Source of the DNA: Naegleria gruberi
Lineage: Eukaryota
Length of the DNA stretch: 64,000 nucleotides
NCBI GenBank assembly: GCA_000004985.1
Contig: GG738874.1
Direction: 5' to 3' (one strand)
Under the pieces are notes generated by a model. It saw only the letters and a program-made list of their open reading frames with translations. It was not told the DNA's origin and did no database searches. The translations under genes were made by a program, and so were the position numbers. This document shows, one piece after another, positions 31,843 to 44,318 of the stretch (positions are counted from its first letter, which is position 1; each line of letters starts with the position of its first letter).

Positions 31843-34800
31843 GCAATTAATCAGATACAATCTGCTTTTATTAATGCTATGATTAGTTTAAAAGAGTCGA
31901 ATAGCAACACAGAGAGAAATTGGAAGCTGTACATATTATTTACTATTGTCCATATTCATGTTTGGATAACAACAATCATTGTTGGAATACAAGGAAACTT
32001 TAAAATGGGCCTCTACGGAAATTGGGTGTGGAAGATATTGAACTATTTAGTGACATTATCTTTGGATGATTTGCCTGATAGTGTCATGTCATATAATGCA
32101 ATGATAGGTGTCTCTTCTATTTGTATTACCTTCTCAGTTTTTGGGCTTCTGATATTTTACTACTCTGCCAAACAATTTCAAATTGCTAGCAGGCATATGA
32201 AATTTCTTCAATTTATAATGAGAGTTTATGGTTTTTTAACGTTTTTTGCAAGTTTTACTATGGTTTTTATTATGACCTCTTTTATTGATTGTAACTATTC
32301 TAGTTCAGTAATTTTTGAAGGATTTGATCAACCACAAATGGTTCTCAATAGATTTCCATCTCAAATGTGCTTCTCTTCTACAAATATTACAATGATTGTT
32401 TTGAGCTATGTCGGAATTCTTGCATTAATGTTATTGACATTCATGAGTGTTTTTACTAGAGGAGAGACACATGTAAAAGCAAGTAGTAGCCCCTTTGTTT
32501 CAGAGCATGTGCTATTTCAAGTAGCAGTTTTGATAATTACCCAATTACAAATAACCCTTAACTATTCTATCCCTTTTGAATACTCGTACCTGAGAAGTAT
32601 ATCTCATATAGTCTTATCACTAATTTTATTACCTATACTATTTTACTATTTACCCTTCTTTAAAAGAGTTGATAATTCAATAATGGTTGGATTATGCCTT
32701 GCCAAGTCCTTCCTTGGTGTCGCACCCCTAATTTCTTTTCTTGTAAATACACAAGGAGATTGGGGGATGGGTTTAGGATTTTCTCTTTCTGGATTTGGAT
32801 TTATTCTCACTGGTTTCTTGATTGGTTTTATTGTTACGGAAATATATACTAGACTTCTCTACTATAGAGCAAGAAAAATTATTATTACTGCCTTAACAGA
32901 ATGTGAGGTTTTGATTATTGATTTTGATGAAAATACTAGTGATGCTGATAGATATCGTAACCTTAGATCACTTTTTGAGAGAGAAGCCTTCTCGTTATTT
33001 AAACTATTCGAAGAGAAGAAAATGATGAGACACTTGTCAATGTTTTTCAAATTTTCAATGGTGTCTGGCAATAAGGGAAACTTGGATGATAGTTTTCTAT
33101 TTTCTGATGTTGATTTAGTTGTATCAATAATCAAATCTGTGGCGCAACAGAAGAACTTTCAAAATTACCCTCAGCTGATCTTAACATCAAGCATAGTCTG
33201 TGCACATTTTTGGGACCCTGAGAAAAATGGATTGGTATCTCATACTCCTCAATCTTCATCGTATGAATACGCAGTTGCTTTACTTAAAAAGATCAAGGCA
33301 AGTCAATTAGGATTTTTGTCTGATTTAGTAATGAAAAGTTTATTGAAACAATACCATACTGCATCACAAAATGAAAGTAGTGGAAAACTATCAGAACTGA
33401 AGGGTATTATTGATATTAAGGAGTTTATTTCAAAGTTAGGAAAGAAAATGGAAGATATAACAGTACAAAGGAAAATATTTTGGAAAGAATTGATGAACGA
33501 TGTTGTAGACTATGGCAAAATAATCAACATTAACAGAACAATTGCAAAATTAACCCTAGAGTGCAACACTACATTTGAAAACTTGATGAGCTATTTCCAT
33601 AGTTATGACAAAAATCTTCTCAGATTATTTGCCAGTTTCAATGAAAAGGTTTTATTCAATCAACAAAGAGCTGATGAGTTGTATCAAGATGCATCCTTGA
33701 TAGAAGATGAAGATTCGAAAAGAATTTCAGAAAAGCAAGCTCTGACATCATCAATCAACAATACCTCAAACAGTAGTCTTCAAAGTCATAGGTTTAAACC
33801 TGGAAATAGAATTTTACCTATAAGAGTAGGAACAAGAGTTAATGTTGACCTTGAAGCCGATTCAAATAGAATATCAGCTAAAATATTCGATGGTTTGGAG
33901 AATGGAGATTTTTCGAAAGAGCTAAACGAAGATCCAACTGCACTCGATCTTGCTGAGGCTGCTGATTCCCCAGAGATTAAAAAGGAAAATTTGATAAGAA
34001 CTGCACTAACAACTCCATTGAAACCTGTTGCCATCTACTTTTCTTACATTTCTTTGATAGGACTAATTATTTTAATGTTTTCTGGAGCTGTTGCACTTTC
34101 ATTATTTACAGTTATTACCTCGACCAAGAACCTTACAGATATTAAGCAATCATGCATTCCAGCATTGGGTTCAGTTCGTTTGATTTCTGATTTAAGAGTA
34201 AACCAGATTTTTAGAACATTATATTCAGGTAATACAACCTTCTCCTCCACTCTACAAAAATTTGGATTTTCTAGTATGAATGATACTGTAAATTACCATA
34301 GAGGAAAAACTTTGGATACCATTGAAAAATTCAAGCATTTAGAAAAATTAGCTTTTAGTGGAAAATGGAGTGCTGAAATGTTTCACGATTATTCAACTGA
34401 CTCTACAGAAATGTACTATCCGGAAATTCCTCACCACAACAAGGAGGGACATTTTATTAATGCTAGACCAAGAAATATGTCTGTTTCTGGTGTTACAAAC
34501 ACTATGATTCAGACTGGAAAAGATTTACTAACCTATTCTGATTCTCAGTATAATGAAACAATAGGTTCTTTTCAGTTTATGTATCTTTGGCACAATAGAG
34601 ATACCTTACCAGATATGTACGGAAAATTCTGTAATACTATTTCGTCTAGATTCTACTTTGGTATTCAAGATATGGAGAGTGTGTATGGGTACTATTTGAC
34701 AGCTATTGCAATTGTGACAGTACTGATATTCATATTTATGATTGCAATGTTCATTTTCCTCAATAGGAAATTAAAAATGATTCTCAAATTGTTTGAGAGA

Positions 34801-37110
34801 AACCTTCCCAAAGATGTAATTGGAAAAGTTTTTCATGAAATCAAAGCCGATGATACAGTACATGGATCTTCTAACCATTTATTGCAAAACCCATCACTGA
34901 AGATTTCAATTCTGTTTATGCTACTGCTACTAACATTTTTAATGGCAACTATAGTATGCTTTGTAATTGTGATTTCAACCATTAATAGTGCAAAAGAAAT
35001 AATTGGAAATATAGATGCTTCAACCAAGATTGCCACCACTTCTCAAAGAGTTTCATTGCATATTGAGGAAATTTATATTTTTGGTATTTTGCAAACAAAT
35101 ATGTATCCCATCAACAATGAGGAATTACTCACCCCTGAACAAATTTTTGAATATCACGAAGGAATGGATCAGTTAACAATTGACTTGGATGAACTTTGGA
35201 ATCGCCTTCTGTATGGTGATATTAATACTGGAGATGCTGTTCTTGTTGGATTATATCCTGAAATAGACAAGATTATTGAGGGTTACAACTGCACCAATAA
35301 TACATCAGCCAATTGTGGAGAAAGTTTGAACGACTTGCTAAACAACCTCATACTCAAAGCAACCAAGATTAATGAAATTTATGTTGCCCTTGATAAGAAT
35401 GAGAGAATAATATTTGATGAATTTTTTTCTACAATTTACATGATTAGCAATAGAGTGACAGATTCAATGCTTAATTTCATTGATATCTATGTCTCCAGTG
35501 TTCAACGTAACGATTCCTATGTTATAGTAATTCTGTTTGGAATAGGTGGCCTTTTCATAATGCCAGTTTTGTTGATCTATATTTTGAACGTTCTTTCTGG
35601 TCAATTGAATGAAATTTACTCATTACGTCTCATTTTGAACTATGTGAACATTGATATACTTGAATCAAAGGAACAACTGAGAAACTTTATTCTTCACAAC
35701 AATCTGTCACGAGAAAAGAAAAAGAAAAATCAAGTTTCTAATAATGTAGAAGAGGACAAGGTCAGAAATATTCTAAATGCCTCTGTCGAAGGTTGTTTAT
35801 TATGTAATCATAATTATGAAATTGAAATATACAATCCAGCAGCTCAAAGGTTTGTTTTTTCTACTTTACTATTTATCTAAAACAAAATTTTAAAGAATGT
35901 TTATGAAACAAGTTAATGAAGTTATTGGATTGCCAATGTGGACTCTATTTGAAAAGAATTGCCAGGATAGAATCAAACTCATCCTTCAAAATCTAACAAA
36001 AACTACTGGTAGTATTGCAAATGGTGAAACAGCAGAACTCGATGGACTAAGAAAAAATGGAACTCTCTTCCCAGCACGTGTTAATATATTTTGGACAATG
36101 TTCGATTCTAAACCAGTATTCACTTGTTTCATTAAGGATGTAACAACAGAGAAAAAGCAAAATGCACTGTTGGCCGAAGAGAAGAAGAGATCTGAAAATC
36201 TTCTCAGAAATATTTTACCAGAATCTGTAGCAAACAAATTGAAGAATGGAGATACATTCATTGCAGAAAAACTACCAGATATTACATGTTTCTTCTCAGA
36301 TATGGTTGGGTTTACTACCATATCTAGTCATTTGAATGCTAATGAGATTGTTAAAATGTTGAGCTCCATAGTCAGTGGATTTGATAAGTTAACAGATAAG
36401 TATGAATTGGAAAAGATTAAAACAATTGGAGACAGTTATTTCTGCGTTGGAGGATTACATCAAGCGAGTGACCACCCTGAGAGAGTAGTTAGATTTGCTA
36501 TTGAAACCTTTGGAGTGGTTAGGGATTATAACAATTCACTATTTAAGGATACAGATCCCCAATCTGTTTCTCAAATAGATATTAGAATTGGTATTAATAC
36601 TGGTTCAGTTGTTGCTGGAGTTATTGGTATTAAGAAGTTTGCATATGTAAGTTAGAAATTTAGTTATTCTATTAATTGATTCCTGTTAATTTAACAAAAT
36701 AGGATTTATGGGGTGATACTATTAATGTTGCTTCGAGAATGGAAAGTAATTCTAAACCTGGCCGAATCCAAGTTTCCAGATCAACCTATGAAAGAGTTCA
36801 CGATCTAGGATTTGAATTTGAGGAAAGATCAATTGAAGTGAAAGGAAAAGGAGTAATGAGGGCCTATCTTATCCACGAAAAACACCACACAAGTGCCACA
36901 TTGACCAACAAGGATATTGAAATAGTTACGGGAGATACACAGTACTTTGCAAGTCCTTTATCTGGTAGTGAATCACCCCTTCCACCAGCCTCTAGCTCCA
37001 ACCCACCCTCAATTAAATCATCACCCAATAATAGTGAATCTAAGAGAGAAGCTATTGATCCAATGGCTTATGATCGTTTAGCAACATTTACTATTGGACA
37101 AAAGGACTAG
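31843..37110 (+). CDS. Polytopic membrane protein fused to a PAS domain and a class III adenylyl/guanylyl cyclase catalytic domain; exons 31843(open 5')..35849, 35896..36646 and 36703..37110
   Basis: About 1330 aa with at least 12 hydrophobic helices in three clusters. A phase-2 GTTTGT donor at 35850 and a TTTTAAAG acceptor at 35895 join it in frame ('...NPAAQR|MFMKQVNEV') to a PAS-like module ('ELDGLRKNGTLFPARVNIFWTMFDSKPVFTCFIKDVTTEKK') and to the cyclase homology domain ('FFSDMVGFTTIS', 'KIKTIGDSYFCVGGL', 'IRIGINTGSVVAGVIG'). A GTAAGT intron at 36647..36702 splits '..KKFAY|DLWGDTINVASRMES'. Confidence 0.8.
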
Positions 37111-37114
37111 AGCT

Positions 37115-38770
37115 TTATTTCAGTAAACCAGCATATTCATTTCTCTTCTCTAGTCTCAATTTGTAGTACAATCCTGCAATTGTAACACCAACACCACATA
37201 ACAAACCTATTGCCAGAATAACAACAATTGCAATAATTACACCAGTTGAATTATCACTGGCATAGTACTTGTCATAAACTGCTTGTACTTCGCTATTGAC
37301 TTGGTTTCTATATTTTCCAATCTTATTTACATTCTTGTCAGGATAAACTCTATTGGTCAAAAAGATTGTGAATAAATTTCTTTCTGGATCTCCACAAACT
37401 TGAGTACCAGAAAATCCTAAATGCAAGAATGTTTTCTTTGAGAGACTTCCACATGATCCATTTCCTTCAGCATTGGTATCCCTGTAATAATTAATTATTC
37501 GAATTAGTTCAGTTTTTTAACTTACCATCCTAAAGCTCTAGAGCTTTGTTGAGTGTTCTTGACAGATGTAAAAAGTGAGAAAGTTGTTGAATCAATGAAA
37601 TTTTCCCTTCTTCTGAACATTAATTCGTCCATAAAATTGTAAACATCTGGCAATGTTGAAAAAATTCCAGCCTTAAAGTGTTAATTATTTAACATGATTA
37701 TTGTCAACTTACATGTCCTGAAATACCGCCCTGTGCATAACAATTTTCATCAGAAACATATCCCTGAATCAAATCATGATGATAAACCTCGTCAAGCCAA
37801 GCAGGTGGAATATTTACATCATATCTATTTGGAATGTATCCACTATTTGACATTCCAAGTTGTTCCAAAACATGTTTCCTCACAAATGCTTCAAAATAGC
37901 AAGTTTCATGACCAGGAGCATTCAATCCAATTTGTGATACGCAATCACTTCTCAAATCATCATTTGAAATTTGCAACAGATTCATATTCTTTTTAACAAT
38001 TTGTCCAATAATATACATGAGTGAAATCATAGACAAATCACTATAGACATATTTTTCACCTATAATTATTTCTCAGTCACCCAACAAATAATATTTAACA
38101 TACCTATATTGTGAGCCAACTTTTCATTCAACCAAGAATTAAAAATCTTATTCGAACAAGTAAACACTTGTGGTGGATGATAAATCTCCGTAGCACTACA
38201 ATTAAACTCAACAGTATTATAGGTAGGATTTGGATCTGGAGCCAACCCTGAATTGTGCAATAATAAATTCTCAATAGTAATTCCACTCTTTCCATTCACT
38301 CCAAATTCAGGAAAATACTTTACAACACTATCATGCAATGAAATCAAATCCTTCTGATACAACAAGGCAACTGCTGATGTGGTCGAAATTACCTTGGTCA
38401 CCGATGCCATATCAAATTTGGTCGTATTTGTATTCATCACTCGTTGTTCATCATCATTGTAAGTAAACTTTCCAAAGGCTTTAGAATAAATTGGACCATC
38501 CTTATTGGCCACTAAAAGAACAGCACCCGGAAAAGCCTTCTCAGCAATGCCACTATTTATAATATTCTCCAGATTGTCCCAACGATGATCATTTGTTTGA
38601 CCATTCACTTCATTGAAAGTAATAAAAAGTATCAACATCATAATCATCATGAATATTTTCCTTGTCATCATCATGTTGTCGATGGAACGACAAGTGCTGC
38701 AAGAGGATCCGATTCGATTTTTGATGCTTCCTTTTAATGATGAAGAATGCAAGGATGGCAATTTGGGCAT
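37115..38770 (-). CDS. Beta-lactamase-like serine hydrolase (LACTB/EstB-type) with a signal peptide and a C-terminal TM anchor; about 4 exons
   Basis: The S-x-x-K active-site motif is 'FDMASVTKV'. 'HLGFSGTQVCGD' is the KTG/H.G box. Exons are joined by GTAAGT donors (introns about 37997-38037 and 37491-37530). The C-terminus 'GVIIAIVVILAIGLLCGVGVTIAGLYY' is a TM helix. Confidence 0.7.
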
Positions 38771-38867
38771 TTTTTTAATGTTAAATATTATTTAAATAAT
38801 TATAATTGAAATAAATAAATTGTGTTTACAATGAGAGAATAATTAAATTTTTAGAGGAGAGAGAAAA

Positions 38868-40611
38868 TTAGAGATTGGATTGAAGTTGGAGGATAACAGT
38901 CTTGAGGGAAGTCCATGCCTTCATTCCCTCTTCTCCTGCTTCTCTACCAAAACCAGATTGTTTAACACCACCAAATTCGGCAACATGCAAAACATTGTGA
39001 TAATTATTGATCCAACAAACTCCACATTTGATTCTGTCAGAGAAGGTGAACATATTGTCAACATTCTTAGTGAGAATGGCAGCTGCCAAACCAAATTCAG
39101 TATTATTACATCTGGTGATAACTTCATCGAGAGTCTTCCATGGCTTCAGAATAGATTGAACTGGACCAAAGATTTCTTCTCTAGCAATACGCATATTATC
39201 ATCAACCTTATTTAAATTGAACAGAGAAAAACAAGTTAAATTATTGTGTGTTAGAATTGAGATAATTGTCAAAATAAACTTACATCATAGAAAATTGTTG
39301 GCTTGACGAAATAACCCTTAGTAGGTAAACCTTCAGAATCACCACCAATTAATAATTTAGCACCTTCCTTTTTACCAATTTCAATATAGCTCTTAACTCT
39401 GTCATATTGTTCCTTGTCAACCAATGGTCCAATATTAGTTTCATCATTCAAATTGTATCCAATCTTGAAAGTGGCGACATGTTCCTTGAGCTTTCTAACA
39501 AATTCATCATAGATATCAGCATGAACAAATGTTCTACTTCCAGCAGTACAAGCTTCACCATTATTATTGAAAATACTGAAAGCAGCAACCTTAACAGCTT
39601 CATCAACATTGACATCAGGACAAACAACAACAGGTGATTTACCACCGAGTTCCAAATGGACTTGTTTCAAATTAGATTCGGCAGCTCCCTTCATGACAAG
39701 ACGACCAACTTCAGTAGATCCTGTGAATGCAATCTTACTGACCTTCTTGTGACTGACGAGTGGAGCACCAGCATTTGGACCATCACCCATAACAACATTG
39801 TAAACACCCTTTGGAATACCAACCTTTTGACAAATGTCAGCAAGTTTGAGTGCAGTCAATGGAGTTTGTTCAGATGGCTTCAAAATGACACAGTTACCCA
39901 TAGCCATAGCAGGAGCAACATTAACCAATGAACACCACATTGGGAAGTTCCATGGAGAAATAACTAGACAAACGACTCAATTATTAAATTCTAATAATGC
40001 TACCTACCACCAACAACACCAACTGGGCTTCTTTGAGTATAAACGTGGAATTTCTTATCAGTAACACAAATTCTTCCACTCAATTTATCAATCCATCCAG
40101 CACTATATCTCCAAGTATCGGTAATACTCTACATTTCCACAAAATAATAATTAATTTTAAATTGTCATATATCCACAAAAACATTCCACAAAATAATTAA
40201 TTGAAATTAATTATATCAATACTACTCCGCATCACATCATCAACCTACTTTAATAACATAACGGTTAACTCCGATAGGTGTACCATTATTAAGTCCTTCC
40301 AACAAGGCCATTTCCTCAACTTGTCTATCCCATTCATCAGCAAGTTTATAAATAAGTTCTTGTCTCTTTTGTGGTTCCATATTTCCCCATTCTCCATTCA
40401 ATGCTTCTTCAGCAGCTTGAACAGCCAATTCAACATCTTGTGCACAACCATCACTAACACTACACAAAACTTGTTCCGTAGCTGGACAAATCAAGTCCAA
40501 CTTTTTTCCGCTCTTACTCTCCACAAATTCACCATTGATGAATTGTTTGAGTTGGGAAGGTTTGATGGCTTCAAATTGCTTCAAAACTTGTACGTGGGAA
40601 ATGTTGCTCAT
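38868..40611 (-). CDS. Aldehyde dehydrogenase (ALDH1/2-like), about 5 exons
   Basis: The N-terminus is 'LKQFINGEFVESKSGKKLDLICPATEQVLCSVSDGCAQDVELAVQAAEEA'. The core is 'ELGGKSP' and 'FNNNGEACTAGSRTFVH' (catalytic Cys), with 'EEIFGPVQSI' at the C-terminus. ORFs 40240..40611, 39269..39940 and 38868..39272 are linked by short GT-AG introns. Confidence 0.8.
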
Positions 40612-41478
40612 TTTTTTTCAATTCAATTTAAAAATATTTTTGGATTTTTATTTTTTTATGAATATTTTAGGTTTTACGATTTAAGATAGCATTATGTATA
40701 AAACAAAAACAATACACTTTAAATTATTAATAGAAAATTTTAAGATTTTTATGAGGGAATTTTTATACAATATGTACTTCTACTTCCTTAGTTGCCTTAA
40801 TTGGTTCGAATCTATACAGGTGTATAATGGAAGTGAAGGCGCTGAAGCACGCAACGAAATGAATGAAGGAGTTAGCTGAAGAGATTTTCTCTAATGAAAA
40901 GGGAAAATCTGTTGTGTCGTAAACGATAATACGAGAAGAAGCAGCGTGCTTATTGATTTGGATATTTATAAGAAATTTCCATTTTCCAATAGGCATGATC
41001 AAATTTTAAAAACCTTTAACTCTAAAACATTTCAGAAACAGATCGTGTGAGGGGTTATTACTTAGGAATTAAATTTTAGAAAGGAAGTTGGGAATAAAAT
41101 CAGAATACAACCCTATCTCTGTAACTCTAGCGGGTTGGTCCTCTTGAGCCAGAATGAACTTTGATTCTACTAATTCTGAATGTGATACCACTACTATTGC
41201 TGATCACAAAGACAAATTCATTGGGGTTTCCATTTTCAAACAGAATTCAACCTATTTAGAAATGGTGGAGCCAAGTCGGTCCTATCGCTTCTTGTTTACC
41301 TAGAATAGAATGATCTTTATATTAAGGGAAAACGCATTCGATTATCTCTCTTTAATCTCTTTTGTTTTGGCTCCGCTTCGCTGTTGCGAATGAATCAAAA
41401 TTCGGGTTAAAAGCTTGATTTTCATTCTCTGCATACTTTTCACAAATAAAACAAAACAACTCAACAATAAGCAGTAAG

Positions 41479-41808
41479 ATGCAAAGCGTTTTTAAGGTTC
41501 AATCACAAAACTTGATGGCGGTTCAACAAATTCAAGTCTACCTCTGTACACTCATAATCTACTTGCTTAATTCAATGTATAGGTCCCTGGTGTTCGATTT
41601 GGAGGAGTTCTTCATCGTTCATCACTACTCGACATCATTGGAGATTGGCAATATTATGAACACTGAAGAGAAGCAACAATTGAGAAGATTGTCCCTTATT
41701 GATGAGCAGGGATTTATGGATGAGTTATTGTTGAGTTGCTCCGAGGATGAGCAATTTAATTGTTGTCAATGCCTCTGTGGTGCTAACAAATCACAACAAC
41801 TCTCCTAA
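41479..41808 (+). CDS. Hypothetical small protein (109 aa)
   Basis: Isolated ORF in an otherwise non-coding 1 kb stretch; the C-terminus is Cys-rich ('FNCCQCLCGANKSQQLS'). Weak support. Confidence 0.2.
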   Translation: MQSVFKVQSQNLMAVQQIQVYLCTLIIYLLNSMYRSLVFDLEEFFIVHHYSTSLEIGNIMNTEEKQQLRRLSLIDEQGFMDELLLSCSEDEQFNCCQCLCGANKSQQLS

Positions 41809-41973
41809 GAGCAAAATGTCTTGTTTTGGTAGGGATATGGCTCTTCCAAAAGCAAAATCAAAAACACCAATTTAACCAACAGTCGAGAACGAAGAATGAA
41901 TTGTATTTCACAATAGAGTACAGGCCGAGAAATGGCATGTCGATGAAAACAATCTATTCGATGAATAAATTAT

Positions 41974-44229
41974 TTACTTGAATACTTTTACAATTTGAGT
42001 TATTGGTTTTCTACAGGTAGGACATGATTTGTTAGTGAGCTTGTTGGCACAGCCATCACACATTATCATGTGACCACATGGAACCAAAACTACATTAATC
42101 TCCTTATCCATACAAACGATGCAGTGATTATTTTCTTCTTGCTGCTCGTGGTGATGATCAGTAGGTGTGGTGATTTGAGAAATATTGGCTGGTTCTGGAA
42201 TTCTTTCTTCCTCTGCAAGCCAATCTCTATTAGTAAAGATGGATGGGTCCTCTGTTTGGATTCTTGAATTGGATGGAGTTATTCCACTATTAGAAGAAGA
42301 GGATTGATTGTTGTTGTTTGATTGACCTGTGTGTTTTTTTCTAGTTTGTACAATTTCTCTCTTTCTCTCACCGGCAAGGAATGCAGTTCTGTTTGACTTT
42401 TTCATTCTGTAGAGAAGTGAAGAGAGTTTGTCTGTTTCTCTCATTGATGAATCATTTTCACATTGTCTCAAATCTTCATCTAGGTCTTGAGTATTGTTTA
42501 CAAATGCATTCATTTCTTCTTGCTGACCGTATGACTTGGAGACTTCTTCCAAGAGTTTGTTCATACTCAAAAGTTTCAATCTGGCATCTCTAATTTTGCC
42601 ACTTTCAGCAAGAATGGAGCTTTGTAAAACTGCATTTAAGGACAATACAGAAACATCTACATTTTCTAAGGAAACACTTCTGTCAGATGTAATCTTAACT
42701 GGTTGATTAACCACTCTCACATATTTGCATCCGTTTGATGAGGCAGTATAGTAAATTTGTGCTTGAATCAATCCCTTATCCTTCTTATCATCTTTTACTT
42801 CCATTTCAATGGTAACATCTGTCTCAGCTGTTGCACTGCTAATTGATTGAGTAACCATTGAATACTTATCCAATTTAGATACCTCCTGATTCTTTGGTGA
42901 TATTGGATTGGAGAAGAGCATTTGTACTTTAACATCGGTTGCAATAACTGGATTATCAATAATTTGTCTCATTTGCCTTCTTAATTCAACTGGTTTTACA
43001 ATGTTTGTCAAACCTCCAGTATTATCAGCGAGCTTTCCAATTAATGACAAGTTACAGTTTGAGCCCTCAACACCAAAAACATTAATATTAATGCCATACT
43101 CGCAGGATAAGTTTGCAATCTTTGTGCAACACTCTTCTTGATCCTTGATACTTTTAGCTCTCTTTGAAATTTCCTCACTAATACCAGCCAAACCTGTTGT
43201 TGCAACTCCGTCAGTGCACAGGATAATTTTGCTACCTTTTTGCTGACTTGCAATACCCAAACTAACAAGTAAGGCAGGGAACAGTGCTGTAGCACCATCT
43301 TCTGCAATTGAGTAAATATACTCAATCAAATTATCATTGGCAAGTGAAACATTGTTTAGAATAGAGGTTCTATAAGATTGTCCTAACTTGAACAATCCTT
43401 CGAAATTATCAAGTAACACAGCTGGGACACTAGCTCTAGTTTGTGATCTGGCGTCACCAATAATTTGCACATTGCTTGAGAAGGTAACAATGGCTATTCT
43501 CTTATTGGGAGATTCTCTAGCTGTTTCAGTAACTTGAATATCTAGAGCCATCTTGAGACAGTCCATTCTAGAAACATAGGATGAAGATCGACTTTCGTTT
43601 GGAAGAAATTGATTATGAACAGAAACTTCAGATTCTAATCCCAATTCTCTCAGTAAACGTCTATTCTTTTCTTGTTGGTCGGATTGTCTCAAATCCAAAT
43701 TAAGAACAGAGTAGCTTGGTAATTGCTCAGATTGACACATACTGCCAGAGATATCAATACAAAAAACTAGTAAGCCGTCATCATCATTTACAGAACTCTC
43801 TTCCAACTTGTGTTCAATCATTTCTGGAATGGATGAAACATTGGAAGGTAATACATTTTCAGTATCGCAAAATGAGCATTTCCAATGATTTCTCTTTTTT
43901 TCACCATTTAACGCAGCTTTACAATTTGAACAGGTAACAAGAGGGCCTAGAGCTTTTGGACATTCTGCTAAAAGGCCATTCATACACAAGGCAGCAACAT
44001 TGGCATCAGATTTTGGATGTTTGATAGTTTGTTCGTTTGAAAGATCAATAGAGGATGAACAAGCTTGTGAAACTGTTGAGGCAGTCTTTTTTTCACTCTT
44101 CTTGAAAAGTCTCGATAAGAAACCTCCTCCACTAGACTTTTTTTTGCTTGTGGAAGATGATACTGAGCTACTTTGGGCATCATCGAGAGGAACATTTGAA
44201 ACAACTATTTGTTTTCTATAAGAATCCTC
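41974..44229 (-). CDS. vWA-domain RING-type E3 ubiquitin ligase (zinc-ribbon N-terminus, vWA/MIDAS domain, C-terminal C3HC4 RING); the frame is open upstream through a relic Ras switch I/beta2 segment to an acceptor at 44229
   Basis: The zinc ribbon is 'CSNCKAALNGEKKRNHWKCSFCDTEN'. The vWA MIDAS motif is 'LLVFCIDISGSM'. The RING is 'CIVCMDKEINVVLVPCGHMIMCDGCANKLTNKSCPTCRKPI'. The first ATG is at 43983, but the frame has no stop back to 44229, where it starts 'EDSYRKQIVVSNVP...'. Confidence 0.65.
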   Translation of the reverse strand, partial: EDSYRKQIVVSNVPLDDAQSSSVSSSTSKKKSSGGGFLSRLFKKSEKKTASTVSQACSSSIDLSNEQTIKHPKSDANVAALCMNGLLAECPKALGPLVTCSNCKAALNGEKKRNHWKCSFCDTENVLPSNVSSIPEMIEHKLEESSVNDDDGLLVFCIDISGSMCQSEQLPSYSVLNLDLRQSDQQEKNRRLLRELGLESEVSVHNQFLPNESRSSSYVSRMDCLKMALDIQVTETARESPNKRIAIVTFSSNVQIIGDARSQTRASVPAVLLDNFEGLFKLGQSYRTSILNNVSLANDNLIEYIYSIAEDGATALFPALLVSLGIASQQKGSKIILCTDGVATTGLAGISEEISKRAKSIKDQEECCTKIANLSCEYGININVFGVEGSNCNLSLIGKLADNTGGLTNIVKPVELRRQMRQIIDNPVIATDVKVQMLFSNPISPKNQEVSKLDKYSMVTQSISSATAETDVTIEMEVKDDKKDKGLIQAQIYYTASSNGCKYVRVVNQPVKITSDRSVSLENVDVSVLSLNAVLQSSILAESGKIRDARLKLLSMNKLLEEVSKSYGQQEEMNAFVNNTQDLDEDLRQCENDSSMRETDKLSSLLYRMKKSNRTAFLAGERKREIVQTRKKHTGQSNNNNQSSSSNSGITPSNSRIQTEDPSIFTNRDWLAEEERIPEPANISQITTPTDHHHEQQEENNHCIVCMDKEINVVLVPCGHMIMCDGCANKLTNKSCPTCRKPITQIVKVFK

Positions 44230-44318
44230 CTAATAACATTTGTTTGAAACATGATATTCAAAGAAATTCACTTACACTATAATAATAACATTCAGTAATA
44301 TTCAAAGAAGCAACTTAC

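Noticed and set aside
41040-41460. Possible small structured RNA. Segments such as 'ATCGCTTCTTG' and 'GGCTCCGCTTCGCTGTTGCG' faintly recall the U2 and U6 snRNA 5' ends.
   Set aside because: Diagnostic elements are absent: no GUAGUA branch-site-binding box, no ACAGAGA or AGC triad, and no Sm site with flanking stems. More likely this is UTR or intergenic sequence of the 41479 ORF. A covariance-model scan (Rfam) would settle it.
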